From NCBI GenBank assembly GCA_964036045.1, contig OZ038378.1, positions 181,102,001 to 181,166,000 of the forward strand: DNA of 64,000 bases, in the 5' to 3' direction. Origin of the DNA: Eutreptiella sp. 'Long Island Sound 2002'. Its lineage: Eukaryota; Protista; Euglenida. The notes under the pieces are model-generated. The model worked only from the letters and a program-made list of their open reading frames with translations. It made no database searches and was not told the DNA's origin. The translations under genes were made by a program, and so were the position numbers. Below, piece after piece: positions 53,220 through 63,567 of the stretch. Position 1 is the first letter of the stretch. Every line of letters starts with the position of its first letter.

Positions 53220-53661
53220 CTGTTGGAAAGAGTAAACACTCGATGTATTTGTTCTTCGGTGGTGGAGCAGCAAGGATGTCATCACCAACCAACGCTTTCT
53301 TCTTGGTAGTAACCGTTCTTGTTTGGCCGAAGCTCATGTCGCGGTCCAGTTCGATCTTCGAGTAATGAACAAGTTCTCGGGACTCAACCCAATCGTCCAG
53401 ATAGACCTGAGAAGTATCGTGCCATTCCTCAACCTCTGCGGATGTCGCTGGTCTGCTCTGCTCTGCAACGATCTTCTTCTTCTTCTTCGGTGGAGGGGAC
53501 TGTGAGAAAGGCGCGGCCTCGGAAGTATCCGTTCGGGGGCTTGCAGTGTCCGTTGACTGCGAATACGTTTGAGATGGAGGCTCATCGGAGTCCCCTGCCG
53601 GCTGCGACCGCTTCTTCTTCTTGATCCGCTTCTTCGGTGACAAATGGGACTCACCGGACAT
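53220..53661 (-). CDS. ParB/Srx-fold protein, exon 1 (basic NLS-like tracts and start of ParB-N)
   Basis: PKKRIKKKKRS and PPPKKKKKI tracts. VHYSKIELDRDMSFGQTRTV...ILAAPP..YIECLL resembles ParB-N I..D..Q.R....L...I...P..V. Donor ACAG|GTATAC at 53219 opens a 97-nt GT-AG intron. The true start may lie further upstream. Confidence 0.65.
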
Positions 53662-54129
53662 TGGGCAAATGGGCTGAGGGTGATTAACGAGGTAAAACCT
53701 TTGCGCAAACGAGCTGAGGAACTCGCAAATGGACGATAGGGGCGACGAAAGTGCTACTTTGCTTGTGAGACCGGATATTTCTGTGAAGGTTTTTCAGAAC
53801 CTCTAAATGTGAAGCGATAAGCTCAGATTCATCGGTTACGTCCAACTTAGAGTCCAAATTTCGTAAATGCAATCGAATTTTCGATTGAGGCAGTGGTCTA
53901 TCGAAATCTCGATAGACCTCAGACGAGGTACCGAGAAACGTTGTCTGATCAGGTTTACATAGACTTCGCAGGAGATGAAATACATCCGATATGCATAAAA
54001 TAGATCGAAGGAGCATTGGACCAATTATTGGACCAATTATTACATGATGAAACGATTCGATCAAGTACTTAGGCACTGAAATTGCAACAAACAAACGCGC
54101 AATCGAAATTTCGATAAGCGACTCAAATC

Positions 54130-56223
54130 TCAATGTTCAGCGGCAAGAAGACGCGGACCTTCGGCCTCATCAACTATATGTTCGTCGTCCTCATCAGGTT
54201 CGCTCTCGCTGGATGGCGGGTCAAAAAGGGCAGGAGGCGGGCCTCGTGGCTGTCTACGAAGGCGTCCCTGGTATCTGTCCGGAGGGGGATATGCTTCAAG
54301 CGACCGTGTTGTCTGTAATTTTTTCCAAGCTTTCACATAGGAAACACGATCAGCAAGAGGTGTTCTAGGAATGTGGGTCATATATTGATGGATTCCCTCT
54401 GTGACATCTCTGTGTTTGCACATTAACTTGAGAGCCCGAATCATGCACATATCAAGTAAGGGGGAATCAACAGTTAAGTCAAGTGGAGGAAGGTAACTGG
54501 GATCCCATACAGGATCAGGTGTAACTGTCCTGAGTTTGGTCTGGAACCGTGTGAACGGCGTGTTGATATCCGCAGCCCGTTGAACAAATGAACGTATCGT
54601 AAAAACAAAATGTGTAACCAGATGTGGCTGGACCGAAGATTTGAGAACCCGTTCCTTCTGCAAGGGGGGAAGGGTGCAGTAAACATCACTTGCGCGAGAA
54701 AGATCTGTGACGTGTGGCAGCAGAGTGAGAGCATGTCCCAAACGTGACAAAGAGGCTTCACAACTTTCCTCAACGAACAGACAACCAGGAACCATGTCAT
54801 ACCATAACTGCCATGTACCAAATGCAGTGCATAAGGTCCGAACATACTCTATCTTGGGAGCATGCTTTTGTGTAAGGGAGACCAGTAAAAGCAGACAATG
54901 TTCAAGAACAGTGCGTGCGGTCTTCCCTGAATCCAGAGCAGCCCCGGCCCAAGTACATTCTCGAACCCCATACCCAATGGCCCAGATTGCAGGTGTGAAA
55001 ACAAACAACAGACTGTACAGGGATTGAATCTTTTGATATGCCACAGTGTTTTCAAGATTCATTGGTCGTCGGAGGGTCGACAATCTATCTCTAGCCTCGG
55101 TGATAAGACCTTTCAACACGTTGCTCGCTAACAAAAGACCGGCAAAAACCTTTGCCATGTATATGAGCTTCCGATGACAAGGAATGCTAGTCCGCACCGT
55201 GATAAATGGTTTGAGCAGCCAAGAAATAACGGGAAAGAAACGCCTCAAAGTAATGTGTACACAGTATTTGTACGGATGCCAAATGCCATAAAGCAGTGGA
55301 ATGCGTTCCAAATGTGACCGGTAGTCAAGACTTCTGAGCTTCGCACCGTACATGAAACGCAAAACCGATGCATGTATTTTCATGTCCACCAGCAAAGGCA
55401 AATCCCGGCCTGTATGAATCTGTATGCGACGCATCATCTCAATTAACTGCAGCAGCTCAGTGTTTGTGCTTGTTCGACACTCGTCCAGCAGCATAGGTTT
55501 CCAAATTTGTGGATGCACGATACCTCTGGCGATGTCGAGTGGCGCACGGATGAAATGTGCCTGTAACGTCCCATCCGTAACAGCTGCAATAGTGTTCAGT
55601 AGACCCCTGATGGAGGTCCGAATGCATCTCATGACACCTGGCAGTCTGAAAACTATGCGGCGCAATGTCAGATGTCCAGGAAATCGGGGCAGCAAGATTG
55701 TAAAGAGCACGGCTACGGCAGAACAGTCAAGATGTCCGGGCGGTCCATCCGGGTTCTGCAGGAATCGTTTTCTGAAAAAATTGTCCATCCAAATGCCAAC
55801 AGAAGCAATGCTCATTGCATTCCAGAGGTCCATCGCTGCTGCAACACCAGATTCCTGCAGAGTCGGTATTCGAGGTGGAACTATGCCAAACCTTGCGAGT
55901 AACTTCCGTTCGCGCTGCGAAACAGTAATGTCCAGAGCCGGGCGAAAAGCGAGGGGTGCCGCACGCGGGTGCAGCACACGCCAGATGTTGAAGAGCTCCT
56001 GCTGGAGTACGCTGAGCCATCTGGGCAAAGGTGTACAGTTTCTGTTTGCAACCACCTGCTCAAATGTCTGGCGGCGGCGTTTGGTTATCCTTATTCCAAG
56101 GACAAATTCAACAAATCGCCTTGACGTACCGCCTTCGCAAGCATCTTCAATAATTTGGCGTCCATTCTCCCAAGAGTGCGAAGCGAGGAATCCTCGCACG
56201 TAGGCAATGAAATGGCCATCCAT
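54130..56223 (-). CDS. Intact 697-aa putative DDE transposase, KDZ (Kyakuja/Dileera/Zisupton)/DUF6589-like
   Basis: Uninterrupted 2094-nt ORF. The motifs fall in the order expected for an RNase H fold with a helical insert: VGIWMDNF (D1), LPLLVDMKIH (D2), LYGIWHPYK (the GxxH equivalent), FVEESCEASLSRL (E), then a Pro/acidic tail. Family assigned by eye. Confidence 0.65.
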   Translation of the reverse strand: MDGHFIAYVRGFLASHSWENGRQIIEDACEGGTSRRFVEFVLGIRITKRRRQTFEQVVANRNCTPLPRWLSVLQQELFNIWRVLHPRAAPLAFRPALDITVSQRERKLLARFGIVPPRIPTLQESGVAAAMDLWNAMSIASVGIWMDNFFRKRFLQNPDGPPGHLDCSAVAVLFTILLPRFPGHLTLRRIVFRLPGVMRCIRTSIRGLLNTIAAVTDGTLQAHFIRAPLDIARGIVHPQIWKPMLLDECRTSTNTELLQLIEMMRRIQIHTGRDLPLLVDMKIHASVLRFMYGAKLRSLDYRSHLERIPLLYGIWHPYKYCVHITLRRFFPVISWLLKPFITVRTSIPCHRKLIYMAKVFAGLLLASNVLKGLITEARDRLSTLRRPMNLENTVAYQKIQSLYSLLFVFTPAIWAIGYGVRECTWAGAALDSGKTARTVLEHCLLLLVSLTQKHAPKIEYVRTLCTAFGTWQLWYDMVPGCLFVEESCEASLSRLGHALTLLPHVTDLSRASDVYCTLPPLQKERVLKSSVQPHLVTHFVFTIRSFVQRAADINTPFTRFQTKLRTVTPDPVWDPSYLPPLDLTVDSPLLDMCMIRALKLMCKHRDVTEGIHQYMTHIPRTPLADRVSYVKAWKKLQTTRSLEAYPPPDRYQGRLRRQPRGPPPALFDPPSSESEPDEDDEHIVDEAEGPRLLAAEH

Positions 56224-56310
56224 CTTTGGCGTACATGGAACTCGTACATGAAATAGAAGACAACAAATAGTCTAGCATTTAAAATCCTTGGACTCTGTCA
56301 GACTGTCACT

Positions 56311-56864
56311 ATCGAAAATTCGATTGCAGTTTAAACAGCCTATGCTTTACAGGGTAGTTATTCCTTTAGCGGCTATCTAAATTTCGATTGGACGTTCCTA
56401 TCGAAATTTCGATAGGAATTGAATTCCTTTTCTGTCGAATGCTCCTATCAAAATTTTGATTCGAGATGCTCCTATCGAAATTTCGATTGGTTTTAGAAAT
56501 AAATCGATTGTGTAGACATCTCCATCGGATAAAACATTCATATGTGTTTGATTTATTTTACCTCTTATTTCTTTTACCTTTATTTTTCTACAAAGTTGTA
56601 ATTTAAAATTCATATACTACTGTAGTACAACTATGTTCCGGTAAACCTTCGTGAAGGATTTTGATGGTTTGCTCTCTGAATGTCGTTAAAGACTTCCAAT
56701 CGAAATTTCGATTGATCCATGCAAGGCAAATTGTCACGTAGGTTCGACAATCGAAATTTCGATAGCATCATTGCTTTTTCATTCTAATTTTCACATACAC
56801 AGACTATCAGGAGTCGGGTGGACAAACAGTTTGATGTAGCTAATCGTGCAACCGAAGTTTCGAT
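56311..56864. promoter_or_regulatory. Right cluster of eight ATCGAAATTTCGAT palindromes, upstream of the transposase ATG
   Basis: Exact copies at 56400, 56474, 56699 and 56750; variants at 56311, 56375, 56447 and 56851. Five lie within 56311-56487. The 56400 copy extends to a perfect 24-bp palindrome (ttcct...aggaa). Function is inferred. Confidence 0.7.
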
Positions 56865-57529
56865 ACATGAGACTTCCTGCCTACATTGTGAACTTCCCTG
56901 CGTCTCTTTGCTATTCGAACAACAAACAACATGCAGCAATTCAAATGAAACACACTGAAGTGCATATATGCATGCGCGTGGTAACACGGTGGTACACAAC
57001 TGCTCATGTACTTGCACAACCACTGTCTTTTTAGGACATTTCTTCTTTCCCGGGATTGGCTTCATGTTCTTTAACCGTGTTTTTCGCACCGTGTGACACG
57101 TCCCTTTTTTGGTCCACTTTCCGGTGACAGGGGCCCATTTCGGGTGGACACTTGGTTCGTCTAAGTATATAGGCCTTACGCAGAAAAAGGCCCATCAAAA
57201 AATTGAGGGGTCAATATGCATGGCTGCACCAACAAAGCCCCCAACCAACAGCAAATAGCCTTTTTGGCAAACTGTACCACATATAAAAGTAGCACCATAA
57301 TGGCACATACATCGCTTAAGAACAACGCAGAGTGGAAAATGACCGATGCACAATGAAATTGTCTCAAATTCCAGCTCATTGGTCCCCATGCAGCACAGCC
57401 TATGGAGAACAGAACACCATCCGGGTATATGATGAGCACGGCAATGAGCTACAAAATCATGCTGAGACCCATTAATAGATTCCCACTCCAATTCTGACTC
57501 CACCTCTGATACTGAATCTAGCCATGGCC

Positions 57530-58585
57530 ATAAAACCACCCCCAGATGGGGGATAAAACTACCCTGGGTAGTTTTATCCACCCCTTTTAAGGGTGGTAAA
57601 ACCACCACTTCCAGGGGACAAAACCACCCCTTTGGGGGGATAAAACCACCCCCCTTGTTAAAACCACCTCCTTCGGGGTGATAAAACCACCCCTGGGTGG
57701 TTTTATGCCACCAGGACACAACAAAGCATTCAAAGGCAGTCTGAGCAATGCACTCTGCCAAACCACTGCACAACATATGGCAGATTTTCACTGTTCGCAG
57801 GATTCACAGGATTCACAGTCTCCTCAACCTCACCGTGAGTCTGAGTCTTGGCAAACGGTACTTCTTGATCCTCTTACCCTCTACAGTAGCTGGGAACCAC
57901 CTGTGGCCTCCACCTGATCCATCAACTAGAACCCAAGATACTGCTTCTCCGAACTACAGTAAACAACACACTTCACAAACCCCATCCCACACCACGTTGC
58001 CAAAGCAGGTCCATCTCAAACCCTATCCCAACCCTATGTCCCCGTGGACCCCGAAACACATCTCAGACCACACCCCATACCGCATGCCGCAACCACATTT
58101 GCAACCTTGTCCCCAGCCCGGTCAGACATCCCAAAACCGCCTGTCACCCACTTTACCCTGCAACACGCATACAAAGAGCAATGTGAAACAAAACACTCAG
58201 GATGCAATCACATGTGGTTCCGTCACCTTCCATCACCTCTCCTATCTCCATGTCTGAAAAGGAAATGGGGCAAAGCCAACCCCCCCCCATTGGGGTGCTG
58301 GAACCACCCCAGGCAGGTTGTAGGACTTCGGGCATGAGAGCCCTCCATACAGCACAACGTATATAGACATAAGGCAACCTGTCTTCCGGTACTCTGATTC
58401 CTGGTTCACATGGAAATGGGCCATACCCCCCCCCCCTGCCTTGAAAGGGTGACAACCCCCCCCCCCCCCGCCCCCTAAAGGGGGGAATAAACCCCCTAAA
58501 CGGGGGAATAAACCCCCCCAGAGATCAAAAATGGCTAAACAAAGGCTTGGGGGTGGTTTTATCCCCCATCTGGGGATGATTTTAT
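57530..58585. mobile_element. Non-autonomous TIR element (~1056 bp) with TAAAACCACCC subterminal repeats
   Basis: 35-bp TIRs with 3 mismatches (ataaaaccacccccagatgggggataaaactaccc versus the reverse complement of 58551-58585). About 7 taaaac(c/t)acc copies lie in 57530-57705. TSD unclear; TA is formally possible. Confidence 0.8.
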
Positions 58586-58586
58586 A

Positions 58587-59200
58587 CTAGTGCTCAATAC
58601 TGATCCGCAGTCGGACCTTGTAGATTTGTCTTGGCTTCAGCAAATTAAGGATTTCCCCTGATATGGTGATTTGTCTGTCCCACAGGTACTCTGTCCGGCA
58701 GGCAGACAAGAAATGCAAAAGTAACAAACAAACAAGTAACATCACCATCAACAGGCAGCACACTGTCACATTGTACATCCAGCAATCTGCAGGTGTATTT
58801 TGTGGCATGCACGCTTCCTCTGACATGGGCACCACGTGTGGTACAATATGCAGATTACATGCAAACAAGACGGAAACTAAAAGTGGCATACCATCACTTG
58901 CTGCTGGTTAGGGTGAGTGCAAAGCGATCACAAGCCAAAGATGCGCCAACATCAAGCTGTGACCACTGTGCACGGTGACCTCCTTGTATGGTACTCTGGA
59001 TTTCCTTTGTCCAAGAACCAGCAATGTCTCAGCTCTCCTTGAAAGCACGGTAAACAAGGTTGAGAGGCAAAAAGGTGCCGGCCAGTTCGCGAATGGGCGT
59101 GGCGGTCATTAGAGAAAGGGGCAAATGACGGGTTTGTGCTCTCTTAATGCGCAGGACGCGTGCTGTTTGGTTGTCTTGGCACACATTTGCTGTCCACCCC
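58587..59200 (-). pseudogene. Possible decayed Ulp1/SENP-like protease fragment
   Basis: FLPLNLV...GHRAQW in one frame and CMPQNTPADCWMY in another resemble Ulp1 P.N..HW and PQQ.N..DCG. Interrupted by stops and shifts. Confidence 0.3.
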
Positions 59201-62200
59201 TGCATGCACTGCGCATCAGTTGAGGAGATTGACACAGAAGACACACCAGTAGTATCCTCAAGCAGCAGGTGCCCAGCGGCAGGACCTGGACCCCCGCAAC
59301 CTTCTGGTGGTAGCTCAGGTTGCGAAATGGAGTTTGAATTCTGGGTTAGGGAGCAGGGAGGTAACAAGACACTGTTCCTTTATCATTTTGAAATTTGCCG
59401 TTTTCACCCTTTTCGGAGGCCTGGGTTCAATAGCTCCATATGAACCCGACACGTGAAGCTGAAAGCAATGCCTACGCGTGGAGCCAATGAGGGTGCCTCA
59501 GCGCACCGCACGCCCGCACCGTGCGCACTGCGTGCTGAGGCAGACGTCTCAAGCACCAGTTTACTGCACCACTTTGACTCGGTGACAAGGATCACGGTAA
59601 AACACAGTAATGGCAGAATGGGTGCTGTCATGGAAGTGTCTTTGGTCGTGTGTAGAAATGTGGAGGGAGGGTCTCAGCACACTCCTGAGCGTCAGCTGCA
59701 GGTGCTGCAGACCGGATATCAGCGGTAGGCGGTGGCGACGGACTGCGGTCGGAAGGAGGAGAGTCCGCGCAGACAGTAGGGAAGGTGACCCGCTCCACAG
59801 GGCAATCGCGGTCATACTCCGTATGCCCTGAGCACTCATAGCTGATGGAGACACACTCTGGGAAGGATGAGAGGCCCACAACAGTGGCAGGCACACGTTT
59901 CCCTGTGGTGCCTCTCAGGTAAAAGACACTACTGCCGGGCCCCAAAAGGTCAGCATTCATTGCCATGTGTCCTGCTGCCCAATCTTGCACCCCCAACATT
60001 CTTGATTCCACCCAAACACAAAACTTGGCCATCCATTTGTGATGCAAAGGCCCGTATGACCGCTTTTGGGCAACACCCATTGGTGCCGGCGTTCTACGCC
60101 AACCGGGCCTCAGTCACACCGCGCGCAACGCACACTCAGGGGGAGTATCCGCACCGCGCGCGCACCGCGTCCGCACCGCGTCAGGTATTTGAACAACTTC
60201 CCTCGGAGATGGTCTACTGGGAGAGGAGTTGTAAATGGTACCTGGTGGGCTCTTGAGGCATTACCATTCCCCCTGATTGGCTCTGGATGAAAGGGTCTAC
60301 GGAACAACCCCAGTACCCGCACCGCGCATGCACCGCGCGCGCACCGCGTCTGATACTCCCCCTCAATGCCTCGAGCTAATCCTGGAATTGATCACGGAAG
60401 CTGATGTTAAAGGGAAGAAGGGAGGCACTCAGGCCCCCACAGCCACTAGACAGGTGTGCATTCCGCTGAGCAAAGCCCTTCTTGGCTGGCCACCCTAAGC
60501 AAGGAGGGGTCCAAATGGCTAAAAACCCCCTAACATGCCAGGGTGCCAAAAGCGGGGGGGGGGGGGGCTCACACCGACTATATGACCCCCTTGTTGCACC
60601 TGCATCCCGTGGCGCCGACCGTGAATCACAATGTGGTTCAGGAACCCCTGATCACATTTTGAAGAAAAGACACTTGCAACCGAAATTGGCAAATGGGTGG
60701 GTGGGCCAACCCATGCATCTCAATAAACACAAAGTACTCAATAGTTCAGAAGCAAATCATATTCACACAAAGGTAAGACTGACTGACAAAAAGACCTCCA
60801 TTTGTCCCGAAGTGGGGTTTGCCCTTGGCAAACTCTACTTTGGGCCCAAGGCGTGGCAACTGGGTGGGGCTGGTGCATGCCTACTGGCCTGAGCCTTTGT
60901 GTGCACATGGGGTTAACTATTGTCATGTGCTGCCAGGCACAATACTGGCACCACCAGCCCCATACCTATATGTACAACATATGCCTATGTCACAGGGGGG
61001 GCGCCGCATGTTCGGAATTTACTGTGACTGCAAAGCACCTTCTGCGCACAGCATCAGATGCTGCGTCAAAGTCGCATCTTCTGCACATGCAGATCTGCAG
61101 TGGGGCATTACTGCAACGAACCGCAAAGGACACCACCAAAAGTTGGGGAACAAAAGAAAAAGGCCCAGAAAGATTCCTCTCAAAAGCGAAAAAATGACAT
61201 GGTCATGATATTGAGTAGGAGATCATGAAGACGACGAAAACCCCACTCAGTGTTCTACTGACCAGCACCTAGAGGTATTTCCCTGGATCGAAGGACAGCT
61301 ATTTACTGACGCAACGCCTCTCATCAACCGAGTTCGTGTTCATGCTTACAACAGACAAGGGCTGGCCATTGAGGTAGACGCCGGCTGCTATGTAGAGAAG
61401 TTTGCACAGCATGGACCCCAGCTGGGCCACAGGTTTCAATGCAGGAAATTTCGACGTTTGACCGTCAGAACCGAGGAACGGAGGTCCTGTGATCGAATCC
61501 CAGCACCCTTCCATTTCAAACAACCAAAAATGGGTGAACACGGGGGGTTTCTTGATAATTTTAGGTGGTCAAGGTATCAAAAAAATCGGTTTTGGAAGGT
61601 GCAGTGTTGATCACCCAAGGCTGAATGCAGGTGCTGGATACAAATTCCAATGTGCCCATATTATCGACAGCCAAAATGCATGGACACCGTGCAAATAGAG
61701 TCAAGATATCACAAAATTCCCTTATGGAAAATCCGGCTTTTCACACTCCAATGCTCAAAACGGAGGTGCTGGGTTCGAATCCCAACGTCCCTCCCAGCCC
61801 CCGCTCTCCCTTGGCCAAAGGGAGGTTAGGGACTGCGCGGCCGCACGCCTCTGGTGTTGGCAGGCCGCATCGAATTCGGATCTTCAGAGGTGCAATCAAG
61901 ACTTTGCGACTAGACCCCCACGCAGAACCAGGGTGACGTCCAGAAAGAATACGTACGTTTGCACATGCAGACTAACGCATGCGGCGTGAACGGTCCTGCT
62001 CGCGCAACTCCCACTCACCTCACAGTGCGGGAGTAGAGGACGACGTTTCACCGCGGCGAACGGAGAAACACAGGCTTCCAGTGGCAACAACGCAAGCTTA
62101 CACATACAAGAGGAGAAAAGGCAGAGGATAGTTTTTTGCAGCGTAGTGGGCTCCGCACAGAGATAAGTGGAGGACAGGGCAGTCTTGAATCACAAAAAAA

Positions 62201-63567
62201 AGGGAAAAGGAAAGAAATGCGGAACGCCAAACTTCCGTCGCCTCATCGCCAACCAGCATCAATCAACCGCCAATCGCCGTCAGCTCACTACATATGCGGC
62301 GCTGAGTCAAAAGAGACTGGCTCCTTGAAGCATGTTGGTGAAGTGTGTGATCTTCGAAGGAAGGCACTTTTGGGGACCTCCAGATCGTTCTCGGGCAGGC
62401 GCTATGTCCTGCCCAAGGCCCTGCCCGACAAACCGACCGACAGCGGCTGGAGGCTAACCGAAGACGGCTGAGGCCACCCGACGAAACTGCTCTTGTTCAC
62501 GAAAAGCGCACTGCTGTCCAGACAGGAGGCAGGGCGGCCAGCGTAAGTGATCCCCGGCTTCCCCAAAGGGCAAGGTCTCGGGCCCCCTCACAGCACCCAA
62601 CCTCAGTCCATCAGATGCTGACTGCAGCTGTACCGCCAGCTGTAGCAGTGTAGGGCTTCTGCAGGGCTTCTTTCACGTAGCTGTTGTAGGAATTCAAGTG
62701 GCGTCTCTACAATGCACACGCTCCAAGTTGTTGTAGACCCACATCGGGTGAGTACACACGCCGCGCGCACCCCTTCATTCCAGGAGCCCGGATCATTTCC
62801 CAGAATTATTTCACACCATTGCACACCCTCCGACATGCCCGGGTTGCCCCCAGTTGCCCTACCGGTTGCGCCCGCATCAGGAAAAATTTGATCTTCGCAG
62901 ACCACCAGAAAAAGGAAGCGCTAAATTCAATGCTTCCAAAAGATGCGGAAATAGGTCAGCCTATTTAGGTCCTGCACGCTGTGCGTACAGGGGTCAGCGC
63001 AGAAGCAGGACGTGGCAGAGCCACCGTGCCCCCCCCCCAAGCCTCACCCTTAGTGTACACGGCGCGAGAGAAGGACCCACGCCAAGGGCTCAGGTGTCTT
63101 CACTGTGGGCCCTCCCGTGCCCCTTGCCCGGGGTCTCCGATCCTCTCGCGGGCGCAGACGCTCTCCCCTTCCCCTCATCCCCTGGCGGCATCACAGCAGC
63201 CGATCTGGTGAAGCCCAAGCGGGGTCAGGGGGCTGCGGGGGCCGGCACAGCAAGCAGGGCACCAGCACCAGGACGCCATCGCCCAGCCGTGGCACGCGGC
63301 CTTTGCCAAAAGATGCGGAAACAGGTCCCCCTTTTAAGGTCCTGCACACTGTGCACAGGGGTCAGCTTAGAGGCAGGGGCTGGCTCAGCTCCAAAAGATG
63401 CCAAAACAACACCTCGTATTGTTCTGACGACCCGCAAAGTTGGGAGGGGGGGGGTTTACGACAGCTCAGTCTTCTCACTTATGCCCACCCGGCGTTCTCA
63501 GGGGCTCTGGGCCCAGCGTCCCGTTGCTACGACCGCGTGGCCACGCCACCCCCATCTCATATCTTTA

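Larger units (their letters stand above)
52851..54115. promoter_or_regulatory. Left cluster of six ATCGAAATTTCGAT palindromes
   Basis: Exact copies at 52851, 53141 and 54102; one-mismatch copies at 53194, 53872 and 53900 (the last extends to an imperfect 24-bp palindrome, ggtct...agacc). A regulatory or binding function is inferred. Confidence 0.7.

Noticed and set aside
55424-56203. 259-aa plus-strand ORF
   Set aside because: Antisense shadow of the transposase-like ORF.
56398-56613. Short ORFs containing IEISI (also in ORFs 52727, 52770, 53684 and 53836)
   Set aside because: IEISI is simply the translation of the ATCGAAATTTCGAT palindrome, not a protein motif.
52851-56864. Palindrome clusters as a CRISPR array or as canonical bacterial parS
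   Set aside because: Spacing is irregular (13 bp to >2 kb), the 14-bp repeat is too short, and there are no cas genes. The sequence differs from TGTTTCACGTGAAACA, so the parS comparison is an analogy only.
50000-60000. TET/JBP or methyltransferase cargo expected for some KDZ elements
   Set aside because: No HxD...H 2OG-Fe motif or MTase motif was recognised in the visible frames.
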